Shown here piece after piece: positions 10,823 through 19,379 of a stretch of DNA of 64,000 bases. The position numbers were made by a program, and so were the translations under genes. Position 1 is the first letter of the stretch. Each line of letters starts with the position of its first letter. The DNA lies in the NCBI GenBank assembly GCA_052035325.1, contig JBPOHR010000011.1, forward strand, positions 8,131 through 72,130, given 5' to 3'. The notes under the pieces are model-generated. The model made no database searches. It was given only the letters and a program-made list of their open reading frames with translations, and was not told where the DNA came from. This stretch comes from Patescibacteria group bacterium. GTDB lineage: Bacteria > Patescibacteriota > Microgenomatia > UBA1400 > PJMF01.

Positions 10823-11941
10823 ATGACGATTCATGATATTTTACAGATGCTGGTGGACCAAGAAGGTTCAGATATCCACATTGTGACGGGAATGCCACCG
10901 ATGTTGCGGGTGCATGGCGAGTTACAGGCGATTCCTGGCGCACCAGCGTTGACCCAAGAACAAGCCGAAGCTCTCATCATTCCAATCCTCAAACCAGAGC
11001 AAAAAGACTTTGTTAATGTCAACAAAGAAATTGACTTTGGTTATCAATTCTTGGACAAGGGTCGATTTCGCGTCAATGTCTATCATCAGCAAAATAAAAT
11101 GGCCGCAGCCTTGCGGTTGATTCCGGCTCGGGTCAAAACGATTGACGAACTCCAACTACCTGCAGTGTTTCATCAATTGACCGAGTTCAAGCAGGGTTTG
11201 GTATTGGTGACTGGGCCAACAGGTGAAGGGAAATCTACCACGTTGGCCGCCCTAATTGAGGAAATCAATGCTACTCGAGCAGATCATGTATTGACGATTG
11301 AAGATCCGATCGAGTTTATCTACACACCAAAAAAAAGCTTGTTGTCACAACGTGAAATTGGTCAAGATACCAATGGTTGGGATATTGCACTGCGCTCGGC
11401 ATTGCGTGAGGATCCTGATGTGGTGTTAGTGGGTGAGATGCGTGATTTTGAGACGATTGCTTCGGCAATTACGGTAGCCGAGACGGGTCATTTAGTCTTT
11501 GCGACGCTCCATACTGCGACCGCCGCACAAACAATTGATCGTATCATTGATGTCTTCCCAGCTCATCAACAAGGCCAAATCCGACAACAACTCGCGGCAA
11601 CACTGCAAGCAGTGGTATCACAACGACTAATTCCCCTTGTCCAAGGTGGACGGACAGCAGCATTCGAAGTGATGCTGGCCAATTCAGCTGTTCGCAATCT
11701 GATTCGTGAAGGTAAAACATTCCAAATCGACAATGTGATGCAGACATCAGGTGAGCAAGGCATGATGCTCATTGAGACGTATTTGTTGGGTCTGGTACAG
11801 CAAGGAGCAATTTCTCGAGAAAAAGCTCTTGAACATGCCTTTAGACCTGATGAACTGGAGAGAATTCTTGGATCAAATGAGGTAGTAGCACCCACCTATG
11901 GTGTCGAGAGTACCACCCAGATGCCTGGGACAGGAATGTAA
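10823..11941 (+). CDS. pilT: Type IV pilus retraction ATPase PilT
   Basis: GPTGEGKSTTLAA, TIEDPIE, LREDPDV, ETGHLVFATLHT, AVRNLIRE. Confidence 0.95.
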   Translation: MTIHDILQMLVDQEGSDIHIVTGMPPMLRVHGELQAIPGAPALTQEQAEALIIPILKPEQKDFVNVNKEIDFGYQFLDKGRFRVNVYHQQNKMAAALRLIPARVKTIDELQLPAVFHQLTEFKQGLVLVTGPTGEGKSTTLAALIEEINATRADHVLTIEDPIEFIYTPKKSLLSQREIGQDTNGWDIALRSALREDPDVVLVGEMRDFETIASAITVAETGHLVFATLHTATAAQTIDRIIDVFPAHQQGQIRQQLAATLQAVVSQRLIPLVQGGRTAAFEVMLANSAVRNLIREGKTFQIDNVMQTSGEQGMMLIETYLLGLVQQGAISREKALEHAFRPDELERILGSNEVVAPTYGVESTTQMPGTGM

Positions 11942-11943
11942 CC

Positions 11944-13146
11944 ATGGATATTTTTAAGTACAAAGTCAAAAATCAGCATGGAGAAACGATTGCTGGCAAG
12001 GTAGAGGCGCAGAGTCTAGCTCAAGCCGCAGCAGTATTGCGGGGACGCGGTTTGTTGGTGATCTCTGTCAAACCACAAAGCTCGTTTACTAGTGCGAAAC
12101 TACAAGAGTTTTTCGGGGGCGTTAAGCAAGATGAAGTAGTGACCCTGACGAGACAACTATCGACCATGATCACTGCTGGCTTACCACTTATCCAGGCAAT
12201 GTCGATTTTGGCGCAACAAAGCAAGCCTTCCCTTTCGCACCTGGTAAGCGAGTTACAGCGAGAAATTGAAGGCGGCAGCACGTTTGCCAAAGCGTTGGAG
12301 CGATTCCCGAAACAATTTTCTCGGGTCTATATTCAGCTAGTCCGGGCTGGTGAAATTGGCGGTGTCTTGGATGAAGTGTTGCAACGTCTAGCAGACAATA
12401 TGGAAAAAGATAAAGAGTTTCGTGCGAAGACGCGTGGGGCACTCATTTATCCGGCAATCGTTGTCATGGCATTGGTAGTAGTCGCAGCGGTGATGATGAT
12501 CTTTGTGATTCCAAAATTGACGGAAATGTACAAAGATTTTGGTGCAGAACTTCCACTGCCGACGCAAATTTTAATCAGCATGTCCAACTTTTCAGTCAAC
12601 TACTGGTGGATTATCCTGGCGGGAGTGATTGGCGGGACAGTATTCTTTAAGCGGTGGGTTGCAACCAAAGCCGGTCGGCACACCTTTGACAATTTCAAAC
12701 TCAAGATTCCTGTTTTCGGTATCCTTGTCTCAAAGATTATCCTGACCGAGTTTGCACGGACGCTTTCGTTGCTACTGGGCGCGGGCATATCCCTTCTACA
12801 GGCTTTGCAGATCGTGTCAGGTGCTTCAAGCAATGTCATTTTTCGCGAGGCGATGGAAGAATCTGCTCGACAAGTTGAGAAAGGTGTGCCCTTGTCTCAA
12901 TCTTTGTCGAGTTACAAAGTATTTCCACCTATTTTGTCACAAATGATTGCAGTAGGAGAAGAAACGGGCAAACTTGATGACGTGTTGATGAAGCTGTCAA
13001 AATACTTTGAAGCAGAGAGTGAAAATGCCGTGAAAAATATGACAACAGCATTGGAACCGATGATCATGATTGTGTTAGGAATTGGTGTGGGCGTGATGGT
13101 TATCGCCGTGATTATGCCAATTTACAATTTGACGAGTCAGTTTTAG
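11944..13146 (+). CDS. pilC: Type IV pilus platform protein PilC/GspF
   Basis: RQLSTMITAGLP, GEIGGVL, GEETGKL, LEP...IMPIY. Confidence 0.95.
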   Translation: MDIFKYKVKNQHGETIAGKVEAQSLAQAAAVLRGRGLLVISVKPQSSFTSAKLQEFFGGVKQDEVVTLTRQLSTMITAGLPLIQAMSILAQQSKPSLSHLVSELQREIEGGSTFAKALERFPKQFSRVYIQLVRAGEIGGVLDEVLQRLADNMEKDKEFRAKTRGALIYPAIVVMALVVVAAVMMIFVIPKLTEMYKDFGAELPLPTQILISMSNFSVNYWWIILAGVIGGTVFFKRWVATKAGRHTFDNFKLKIPVFGILVSKIILTEFARTLSLLLGAGISLLQALQIVSGASSNVIFREAMEESARQVEKGVPLSQSLSSYKVFPPILSQMIAVGEETGKLDDVLMKLSKYFEAESENAVKNMTTALEPMIMIVLGIGVGVMVIAVIMPIYNLTSQF

Positions 13147-13172
13147 TTGGCAAGCAAGCGTTTTGTAGTGAT

Positions 13173-13193
13173 TTTTCACGAAGTTTTCACGAA
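13173..13193 (+). repeat. Tandem direct repeat TTTTCACGAA with 11-bp period, upstream of the major pilin
   Basis: 13173-13182 and 13184-13193 are identical. Confidence 0.7.
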
Positions 13194-13298
13194 ACATTGT
13201 CGCTCGAGTAAGCCTGATAGAGATTTACCCCTTGCATCGTACTTTCATATTAGTGTAGTGTTGAGTTAGTACTAGATTAATGTACGGAAAATCTGCCT

Positions 13299-13946
13299 AT
13301 GTATTCTCCAAAAATGCTTACTCGCAGGCTGTCAGCGCAGCTGCATTCTCGTCAGTTAGTTCAAGCTGGTTTCACCATGATTGAGCTCTTGGTGGTGATT
13401 GCCATTCTAGGTATTTTGGCTGTAGCCGTACTTTCAGCAATCAACCCTATTGAGCAAATCAATCGGGGTCGCGATACGGCTTCCCAATCTGATGCGGAAC
13501 AGCTGCTGTCCGCTATTGATCGCTACGTAGCTTTCCAAGGCTATTTGCCATGGCAAAGTTCTCCAGATTCAACCACGCGCGAACTTGCTTGGGGCGAGTT
13601 TACTGATACGTTGGTGGATGATGGCGCTCCTACTGCATGTGCGGTTTATGTCAAACTCGGCGAAGGTGACACAAATTGTGAGGGCGCAGGTGAGCTCAAG
13701 GCGACCTTCTTCAATCGGATCCTCCGGGCCACTACACCAAATGCTAATCCACTCTACGTCTATCGCGGTGCTGGCGTGAGTGATAGTACCTATGCTTGCT
13801 TTGTGCCACAGTCACAAGCCTTCATGAACTTGGCAGTCAAGCGATGTGGAACTGCCGGAGATGGTTTGCCAACTGATGTTGATGCAACAACTGCTGATCT
13901 CATCTGTCCGGCTGATCCCGCAGGCACGTTCTACTGTATTCCTTAA
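13299..13946 (+). CDS. Type IV pilin, probable major pilin
   Basis: G|FTMIELLVVIAILGIL prepilin motif; has its own upstream intergenic region and a downstream terminator. Confidence 0.9.
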   Translation: MYSPKMLTRRLSAQLHSRQLVQAGFTMIELLVVIAILGILAVAVLSAINPIEQINRGRDTASQSDAEQLLSAIDRYVAFQGYLPWQSSPDSTTRELAWGEFTDTLVDDGAPTACAVYVKLGEGDTNCEGAGELKATFFNRILRATTPNANPLYVYRGAGVSDSTYACFVPQSQAFMNLAVKRCGTAGDGLPTDVDATTADLICPADPAGTFYCIP

Positions 13947-13969
13947 CCCTGTACACTACTGTAACAATG

Positions 13970-13996
13970 AAAACCGCCTCGCAAGGGGCGGTTTTT
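13970..13996 (+). terminator. Intrinsic terminator after the major pilin
   Basis: AAAACCGCCTC-GCAA-GGGGCGGTTTTT. Confidence 0.85.
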
Positions 13997-14031
13997 GCCA
14001 AATTGGACATGATAGCGTACGCTACTACTAG

Positions 14032-14865
14032 ATGCTTATCGCTTTTTTGTTGACCTCTACTCTACTTTTTGTCATCGGTGCTATTTTGGGAAGTTTTCTC
14101 AATGTGGTGATTTATCGCACACTCGATGATGATCCCGTCAAGCGACATGAGTCTTGGATGTCAGGATGGTCGCGGTGTGACTCATGCCACCACCGAATTG
14201 CCTGGTACGACAATATTCCACTCGTGTCGTACGTGGTATTGCAGGCCAAGTGTCGTAACTGTCATAAGCCAATCGGGGCAGCCCACCCCATGGTGGAGCT
14301 ACTGACAGGATCACTGCTGGTGTGGTGGTATTGGGGTGGTTCATTGTTTTTCCAGATTACCAAAGCACCGTTCCATACATTACAGCCGCTATTTTGGTTG
14401 AGTGTGGGTGTGTTGTTATTGGTGATTGCTTTGGCCGATCTTCGTTACTGGATTATTCCTGACTGGGCTGTGGTGATGTTGACTGGCTTGACTGTTCTGT
14501 ATCGAGTAGTCTTGGTAGGTGCTGGAGTGATGCAGTATCCCGATCTGGTGGCAACGCTGATTGCCAGTGTGCTAGCGACCGCCGGCTTGGGCGTATTATG
14601 GCTTGCCACCAAACGACAAGGTATTGGTTTGGGTGATGTTAAGTTGATGTTTCCACTGGGGTTGCTGGTGGGTTGGCCAAATGTGTTGGTGACGTTATTC
14701 TTGGGTTTTGTGTTGGGAGCGGTGGTTGGTATTGCCTTAGTCTTGCGCAAAACAAAAAACATTCATCAGGCAATCCCCTTTGGACCTTTTTTGGTACTCG
14801 CAAGTTGTGTAAGCTTAGTATGGGGAGACCGCATTGTGTCGTGGTATCTCCAGTTGCTTCGATGA
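14032..14865 (+). CDS. pilD: Prepilin peptidase
   Basis: GSFLNVVIYR, two CxxC, NIPLVSY, catalytic D in ADL and GLGDVKL, IPFGPFL. Confidence 0.95.
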   Translation: MLIAFLLTSTLLFVIGAILGSFLNVVIYRTLDDDPVKRHESWMSGWSRCDSCHHRIAWYDNIPLVSYVVLQAKCRNCHKPIGAAHPMVELLTGSLLVWWYWGGSLFFQITKAPFHTLQPLFWLSVGVLLLVIALADLRYWIIPDWAVVMLTGLTVLYRVVLVGAGVMQYPDLVATLIASVLATAGLGVLWLATKRQGIGLGDVKLMFPLGLLVGWPNVLVTLFLGFVLGAVVGIALVLRKTKNIHQAIPFGPFLVLASCVSLVWGDRIVSWYLQLLR

Positions 14866-15785
14866 GAATCTTACGTTTTTTTATCACATCTCTTCTTATT
14901 ACTGCTTTGTTGGCAGGCACAGTATTTGTAATAGCTCGAGAAGCACTGCTTTTTTTGGCTACTAATCAAGTTAAATCGAGCATCACAACTATAGCTAGGA
15001 CCAATTATCTTCCTGGGGTGCCCCATATTGATTGTCAAACTCAGGGAAAAATTACCAGTGACATGACATTGATTAACGTGTATGCAGTCCAGCTAGGTTT
15101 TAGTGACGATCAGCATTTCACCTGGGAAGTTATTTGCGATTCCCCTCTCCGCGAGCCAAAAGTGTTGGCAGACTATGTATTACCACCTTTTGTCTACAAA
15201 ATAGCAGGCTCAGGTGGCCTTGTTTGGCGACAGCCGTACTCTGCTTTCACTTTGGAGGTATGGGGACGTCGTCGATCGTTTATATTAGAAAATCAATCTC
15301 TCCGTGTTACAGAAGGTAGCTTGACGCAGCCTCCTGATCAGCAACCAGTGGTGATGTGTGCGGGGATGGGTTACCAGTGTTGTCAACTTGATTCCGAGCA
15401 AGGTCTGGGGGCGGTGGCATCTGAAGTGCGAGACTGTCCACTGTCTTGTTTTGCACGCTGTCAAAGTCGACCAGTTATTTTGTCATTTAATACTGAACCA
15501 TATACTGATGCTCAAACTCGAGTGCTTGAAGTTGCTTCTGGGGATTTGATTTCATTTAATTATGTCATCGACGCAGGTGCGGGTGGTGATGTGACAACAG
15601 AGCTGTCTTTTGGGGATGGTGAAGTGAGTAAAGGTACAGAAGCAACAGCAACGGTTGAGCATACCTATCGGTGCCTGGCGCAGGTATGCGAATATCGGGC
15701 TACATTGGAGGCGACAGATGCTAGAGGGGCGACATCGCCGAGCAGTACAGTCAACACACTTACCATCAGGGTGACAGGCCGCTAA
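14862..15785 (+). CDS. Membrane-anchored Cys-rich protein with a C-terminal PKD-like domain
   Basis: ATGA overlap with the pilD stop; N-terminal TM helix; SFGDG...VEHTY...YRATLEATD PKD signature. Confidence 0.75.
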   Translation: MRILRFFITSLLITALLAGTVFVIAREALLFLATNQVKSSITTIARTNYLPGVPHIDCQTQGKITSDMTLINVYAVQLGFSDDQHFTWEVICDSPLREPKVLADYVLPPFVYKIAGSGGLVWRQPYSAFTLEVWGRRRSFILENQSLRVTEGSLTQPPDQQPVVMCAGMGYQCCQLDSEQGLGAVASEVRDCPLSCFARCQSRPVILSFNTEPYTDAQTRVLEVASGDLISFNYVIDAGAGGDVTTELSFGDGEVSKGTEATATVEHTYRCLAQVCEYRATLEATDARGATSPSSTVNTLTIRVTGR

Positions 15786-15805
15786 AAAATCGGTATAGTG
15801 TGATC

Positions 15806-16261
15806 ATGAGCTTTCTTTTTTCTCAGCAAAAAACTCGACGTGCCAATGGGTTTACTCTGATTGAAATGTTGATTGTGATGGTAATTATTGGGATTTTGAC
15901 AACCTTGGTGGCGACCAACTTAGTGACGGCGCAGAGCCGTGGACGCGACGCGAAACGCAGGGCTGACATAAAAGCACTCCAGACAGCCTTCGAACTGTAC
16001 TACTCTGAAAATGGCTCATATGCCGCAACGTGTGATGCAATGGCCACAACGGCCTATCTTCCTCAGGGAGTTACTGCTGACCCTTCGACAAGTATCCCCT
16101 ACACGCACCAGAGCACTTGCCAAGTTGATACCACTGATTATTGTATTTGTGCGGAACTAGAGCGCGGCGGCGGCAATGCCACTGAGGGTCCTAGTTCGGC
16201 GCAATGTACGTATGCCAGTTCTGGTGAACGTCTCTGGTACTGCCAGAGTAATGTGCAGTAA
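15806..16261 (+). CDS. Type IV pilin-like protein (GspG-like)
   Basis: G|FTLIEMLIVMVIIGIL, GRDAKRRAD, LYYSENGSY. Confidence 0.9.
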   Translation: MSFLFSQQKTRRANGFTLIEMLIVMVIIGILTTLVATNLVTAQSRGRDAKRRADIKALQTAFELYYSENGSYAATCDAMATTAYLPQGVTADPSTSIPYTHQSTCQVDTTDYCICAELERGGGNATEGPSSAQCTYASSGERLWYCQSNVQ

Positions 16262-16270
16262 AGGTATGGT

Positions 16271-16756
16271 ATGACACAACACACTCACTCTACCCTCCCC
16301 CCGCGAGCGACCGGTTTTACCCTGATTGAAATTCTGATTGCAGTAGCGATTATGGTGATTTTAACCACGATTGGTTTGGTAAGTTACCGACAGGTGGGGA
16401 TTGGTGCTCGGGATGGCAAACGCAAAGCAGATTTAGAATCTGTACGCCAGGCATTGGTGTTTTATCGCACTGATGAGGGGATGTATCCGGATATAGCGAA
16501 TGCTGATATTAGTGGTGATTGTAGTGGCGGCTCTGATGCTCGCAGTGGTTTTGAGGAAATGCTTGGTGAATTGTCGAGCGAAGGGTATGTGACGGTGACC
16601 GGGAATGGTCTGAAAGATCCAAAGGATGGTATAGAGTGCTATGGGTATCGATATCGCAGTCCTGACAACGGAGCAACGTTTGAACTATGTGCCAAATTAG
16701 AGAGTGATGCAACTCCCACCACTCATAGTGATGACTATTGTGCCAACAGTCCATAA
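16271..16756 (+). CDS. Type IV pilin-like protein (GspG-like)
   Basis: G|FTLIEILIAVAIMVIL, ARDGKRKADLE, FELCAKLE. Confidence 0.9.
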   Translation: MTQHTHSTLPPRATGFTLIEILIAVAIMVILTTIGLVSYRQVGIGARDGKRKADLESVRQALVFYRTDEGMYPDIANADISGDCSGGSDARSGFEEMLGELSSEGYVTVTGNGLKDPKDGIECYGYRYRSPDNGATFELCAKLESDATPTTHSDDYCANSP

Positions 16757-17252
16757 CACACTCATATCTGGACGCCAAGCTGGTTTCTCGGCTGGGTTTA
16801 CTATGATCGAATTGTTGGTCACGGTGACGGTTTTGTTGTTGATAACTGGATCAGGTATAGCAGCTATGATGCGGTTCAACGACCGCCAGTCTTTGCGAGA
16901 TAGTGCGCGAACATTGCAATCAACGCTGAAAAGTGCTGCTACGAGGGCAAAAATTGGTGATGTTCCTTCCGCATGTTTTGACGCTGCCGCAAAGTTGACA
17001 GGATACCGAGTCACTTTGATTCAAGGTACAGGAATAGTGACGGTTGAAGCAATGTGTGGGGCCCAAATCGTTTTGGTTGATCAGTTTTCCCTACCCAATT
17101 TTGTGGTGAGTGATACCACCGCCACTTTGGTGTTTTGGCCACTGTATGGAGGTGTGCAGGGAGCAACAGTCATTACGTTGGAGAAGGCACCGTTGCAGTA
17201 TCAGTTTGAAGTGACAACCGAGGGTGAGATTACTGACGGGGATTTTGAATGA
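16731..17252 (+). CDS. Minor pilin (FimT/GspH-like)
   Basis: G|FTMIELLVTVTVLLLI; start codon uncertain (16704-16740). Confidence 0.8.
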   Translation: MTIVPTVHNTLISGRQAGFSAGFTMIELLVTVTVLLLITGSGIAAMMRFNDRQSLRDSARTLQSTLKSAATRAKIGDVPSACFDAAAKLTGYRVTLIQGTGIVTVEAMCGAQIVLVDQFSLPNFVVSDTTATLVFWPLYGGVQGATVITLEKAPLQYQFEVTTEGEITDGDFE

Positions 17253-17761
17253 AAAAATCTTCTTTGTTGCAAACAGCTCTTAATCGGCGTCAACGACAGA
17301 ATCAACAAGGATCGGGGATTATTGAGGTCTTGATTGCCACCTTGGTGGTGGGAATGACACTGACTTCGGTAGCGGCAGTACTGACACTGTCGCTGAAAGC
17401 TAATGGCCAAAACCGACTGCGTGCCATAGCTCAGACACGTGCCCAAGAAGGTGTGGAAACATTCAGTCGCTATCGTGATGAGCTGGGGTGGCGGGCGTTC
17501 AGCACGCAGTTTCCGGCCGATACGCCTACAATCTACTGTCTAGACCCTTTACCAACATCGATGGCAGAATTCAGTACTATGGCGCCAGGTGCATGTACAC
17601 AAGGTGTGCAGCTTGTGGGTACCAGTTTCACCCGCCAGGTTGAAGTCACGCCACTCGGCGTCAGTCCGACGACAGCTGTGGGGATTCGTGTGACTGTTAG
17701 TTGGGAGGATGGCAATCAGACCAAGGACGTGACCTTGTATCAGGTGTTGAAGGATATTTGA
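17249..17761 (+). CDS. Minor pilin (PilV-like)
   Basis: G|SGIIEVLIATLVVG, AQEGVE, FTRQV, VTVSW. Confidence 0.85.
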   Translation: MKKSSLLQTALNRRQRQNQQGSGIIEVLIATLVVGMTLTSVAAVLTLSLKANGQNRLRAIAQTRAQEGVETFSRYRDELGWRAFSTQFPADTPTIYCLDPLPTSMAEFSTMAPGACTQGVQLVGTSFTRQVEVTPLGVSPTTAVGIRVTVSWEDGNQTKDVTLYQVLKDI

Positions 17762-17820
17762 TAAAAACTTAGTGCTGTAATAGCTGGTTTTTAATCGATA
17801 AATTACGCTAAAAATAAAAA

Positions 17821-18792
17821 ATGTCAAAAGAATCACTTCACACAAAACTGAGTAGAGCAGCTGAAATGCTAGGCAGGCTGTTGGAAGGTTTAAAGCGAAA
17901 AAGACGGTTCAACAATCAAACTAAGGAGACAGTACGTGCTGAGGAATCGACTCTTGAAACCGGAGAAAAAATATTTGATGAGATAGTACGTGCTGAGGAA
18001 TCGACTCTTGAAACCGGAGAAAAAATATTTGATGAGACAGTACGTGCTGAGGAATCGACTCCTGAAAGCAGAGAAAAAAAACTTGATGAGGGAGCAATTC
18101 GAGATGTTGTAAGAAAGTGCAGAATACCAACATTTGCCTCAGGGATCGATGTCGAGACCCTCTCAGAGGGGGTTCAGTTGACTGAAGAACAGCAGCAAGT
18201 AGTTATAGATAATGTCAGAATTTTTTTTGAAGCATTTATCAATGATAAGTACAGAAATAGTGGCATAGCTACAGAAACACGGTTGCCAGTAAATGACTCG
18301 ACGCCACAAGATCAGGCAGAACGCCAGCCTGTGGTGATCCGCTACCAGACCGATTCTGGGAAAATTGGTGGAAGTCTGAATGCAGGTGGGCAGACGTATG
18401 ACAATGATTGGAGTAAGTATCTTACATCAGTTATCACTAGGAGAGTTGGTTTTTCTATTGACTGGAGTAAAAACCCAAGTTTTTCGATATTGTTAACGAC
18501 GCCTGATGGAGAGTTAACACTGTCTGACTTCGAAGGAAATGGTGGTGATCACGCTTTAGATCAGGTGCTCGCTAGTCCTGACGATCTGCCAGAGCAGCCA
18601 TTTAGTGATGACAAACCTGTTGAGCCGAAGGCTATCCTGCCGCGCATCATTTTGCCGCAACGAATTTCGGTTGATGATTTACCGAATCAAACAGGTGACG
18701 TAGTTGTGTTATCCGAATTCTCGCCTGAAGATTGGTTGGTGCTCATTTCCATGCACGTATTCAATCTATTCTTTGCGGAACAAAAATCCTAG
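17821..18792 (+). CDS. Hypothetical protein with an internal 18-aa tandem repeat
   Basis: 323-aa ORF containing ETVRAEESTLETGEKIFD-type units three times. Confidence 0.75.
   Translation: MSKESLHTKLSRAAEMLGRLLEGLKRKRRFNNQTKETVRAEESTLETGEKIFDEIVRAEESTLETGEKIFDETVRAEESTPESREKKLDEGAIRDVVRKCRIPTFASGIDVETLSEGVQLTEEQQQVVIDNVRIFFEAFINDKYRNSGIATETRLPVNDSTPQDQAERQPVVIRYQTDSGKIGGSLNAGGQTYDNDWSKYLTSVITRRVGFSIDWSKNPSFSILLTTPDGELTLSDFEGNGGDHALDQVLASPDDLPEQPFSDDKPVEPKAILPRIILPQRISVDDLPNQTGDVVVLSEFSPEDWLVLISMHVFNLFFAEQKS
17926..18087 (+). repeat. In-frame 54-bp tandem repeat, 3 copies
   Basis: Units start at 17926, 17980 and 18034; the first two differ by 1 nt. Confidence 0.95.
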
Positions 18793-18796
18793 TTCA

Positions 18797-19378
18797 CTAT
18801 CTATTTCTCAACCGTGTTGTGGTAGTAAATGTCTGTTCGACAATATCTTTTGCCTGATCTATTCCCGGTATACCCTTGCGCAAAGTGAACGAAACGTCCA
18901 CAGCAGTCCCCCCTGCTCCACTCTGGCTGCAGTTAAACATCACCCGATCATCAGGATTTGGACCATTTTGAATTAATTCGACAGCAGCCGTCGTCAAGTA
19001 TGTGGTAGCTGTGGCTGAGGTGGAGGCAACTTTATACGTGCCAGAACCAGGCGGATCTTCGAGCGCTGTCAGTGTGTACAATCCACCATCAAAGCCTTTG
19101 ACAACCACCGATGTCATACTTGGTTGACAGGTTTGGCCATCGGCGTTTTGTTGGAGTTCTAGAGCATTACGGAGTAGAAACTCCATTTGTGCAATCGCCG
19201 CCGTGCCTTCCGTTTTTATCAGACTTAAACTATTGGTTTTAGTGTTGCCTATCAGTAGAGTGATGAACAATGTCGACGCAGTTAGCAGCAACATTACTGA
19301 CAACGTCACCACAATCAACAACTCAATTAAAGTAAAACCCCGTTGTGATTGTCGCATTTGATGGGAGTGGGCGTACAT
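18797..19378 (-). CDS. Minor pilin (PilW-like), opposite strand to the rest of the pilus locus
   Basis: RG|FTLIELLIVVTLSVMLL and C-terminal FTTTTRLRN. Confidence 0.85.
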   Translation of the reverse strand: MYAHSHQMRQSQRGFTLIELLIVVTLSVMLLLTASTLFITLLIGNTKTNSLSLIKTEGTAAIAQMEFLLRNALELQQNADGQTCQPSMTSVVVKGFDGGLYTLTALEDPPGSGTYKVASTSATATTYLTTAAVELIQNGPNPDDRVMFNCSQSGAGGTAVDVSFTLRKGIPGIDQAKDIVEQTFTTTTRLRNR

Positions 19379-19379
19379 G

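Noticed and set aside
13183-13196. GTTTTCACGAAACA as a parS site
   Set aside because: It does not form the 16-bp TGTTTCACGTGAAACA palindrome; the direct repeat explains it better.
14673-14861. Upstream extension of the PKD-protein ORF
   Set aside because: It overlaps pilD; ATG 14862 gives a normal ATGA coupling and an N-terminal TM helix.
17926-18087. 54-bp repeats as a CRISPR array
   Set aside because: The units are contiguous with no spacers, lie in frame within a CDS, and no cas genes are present.
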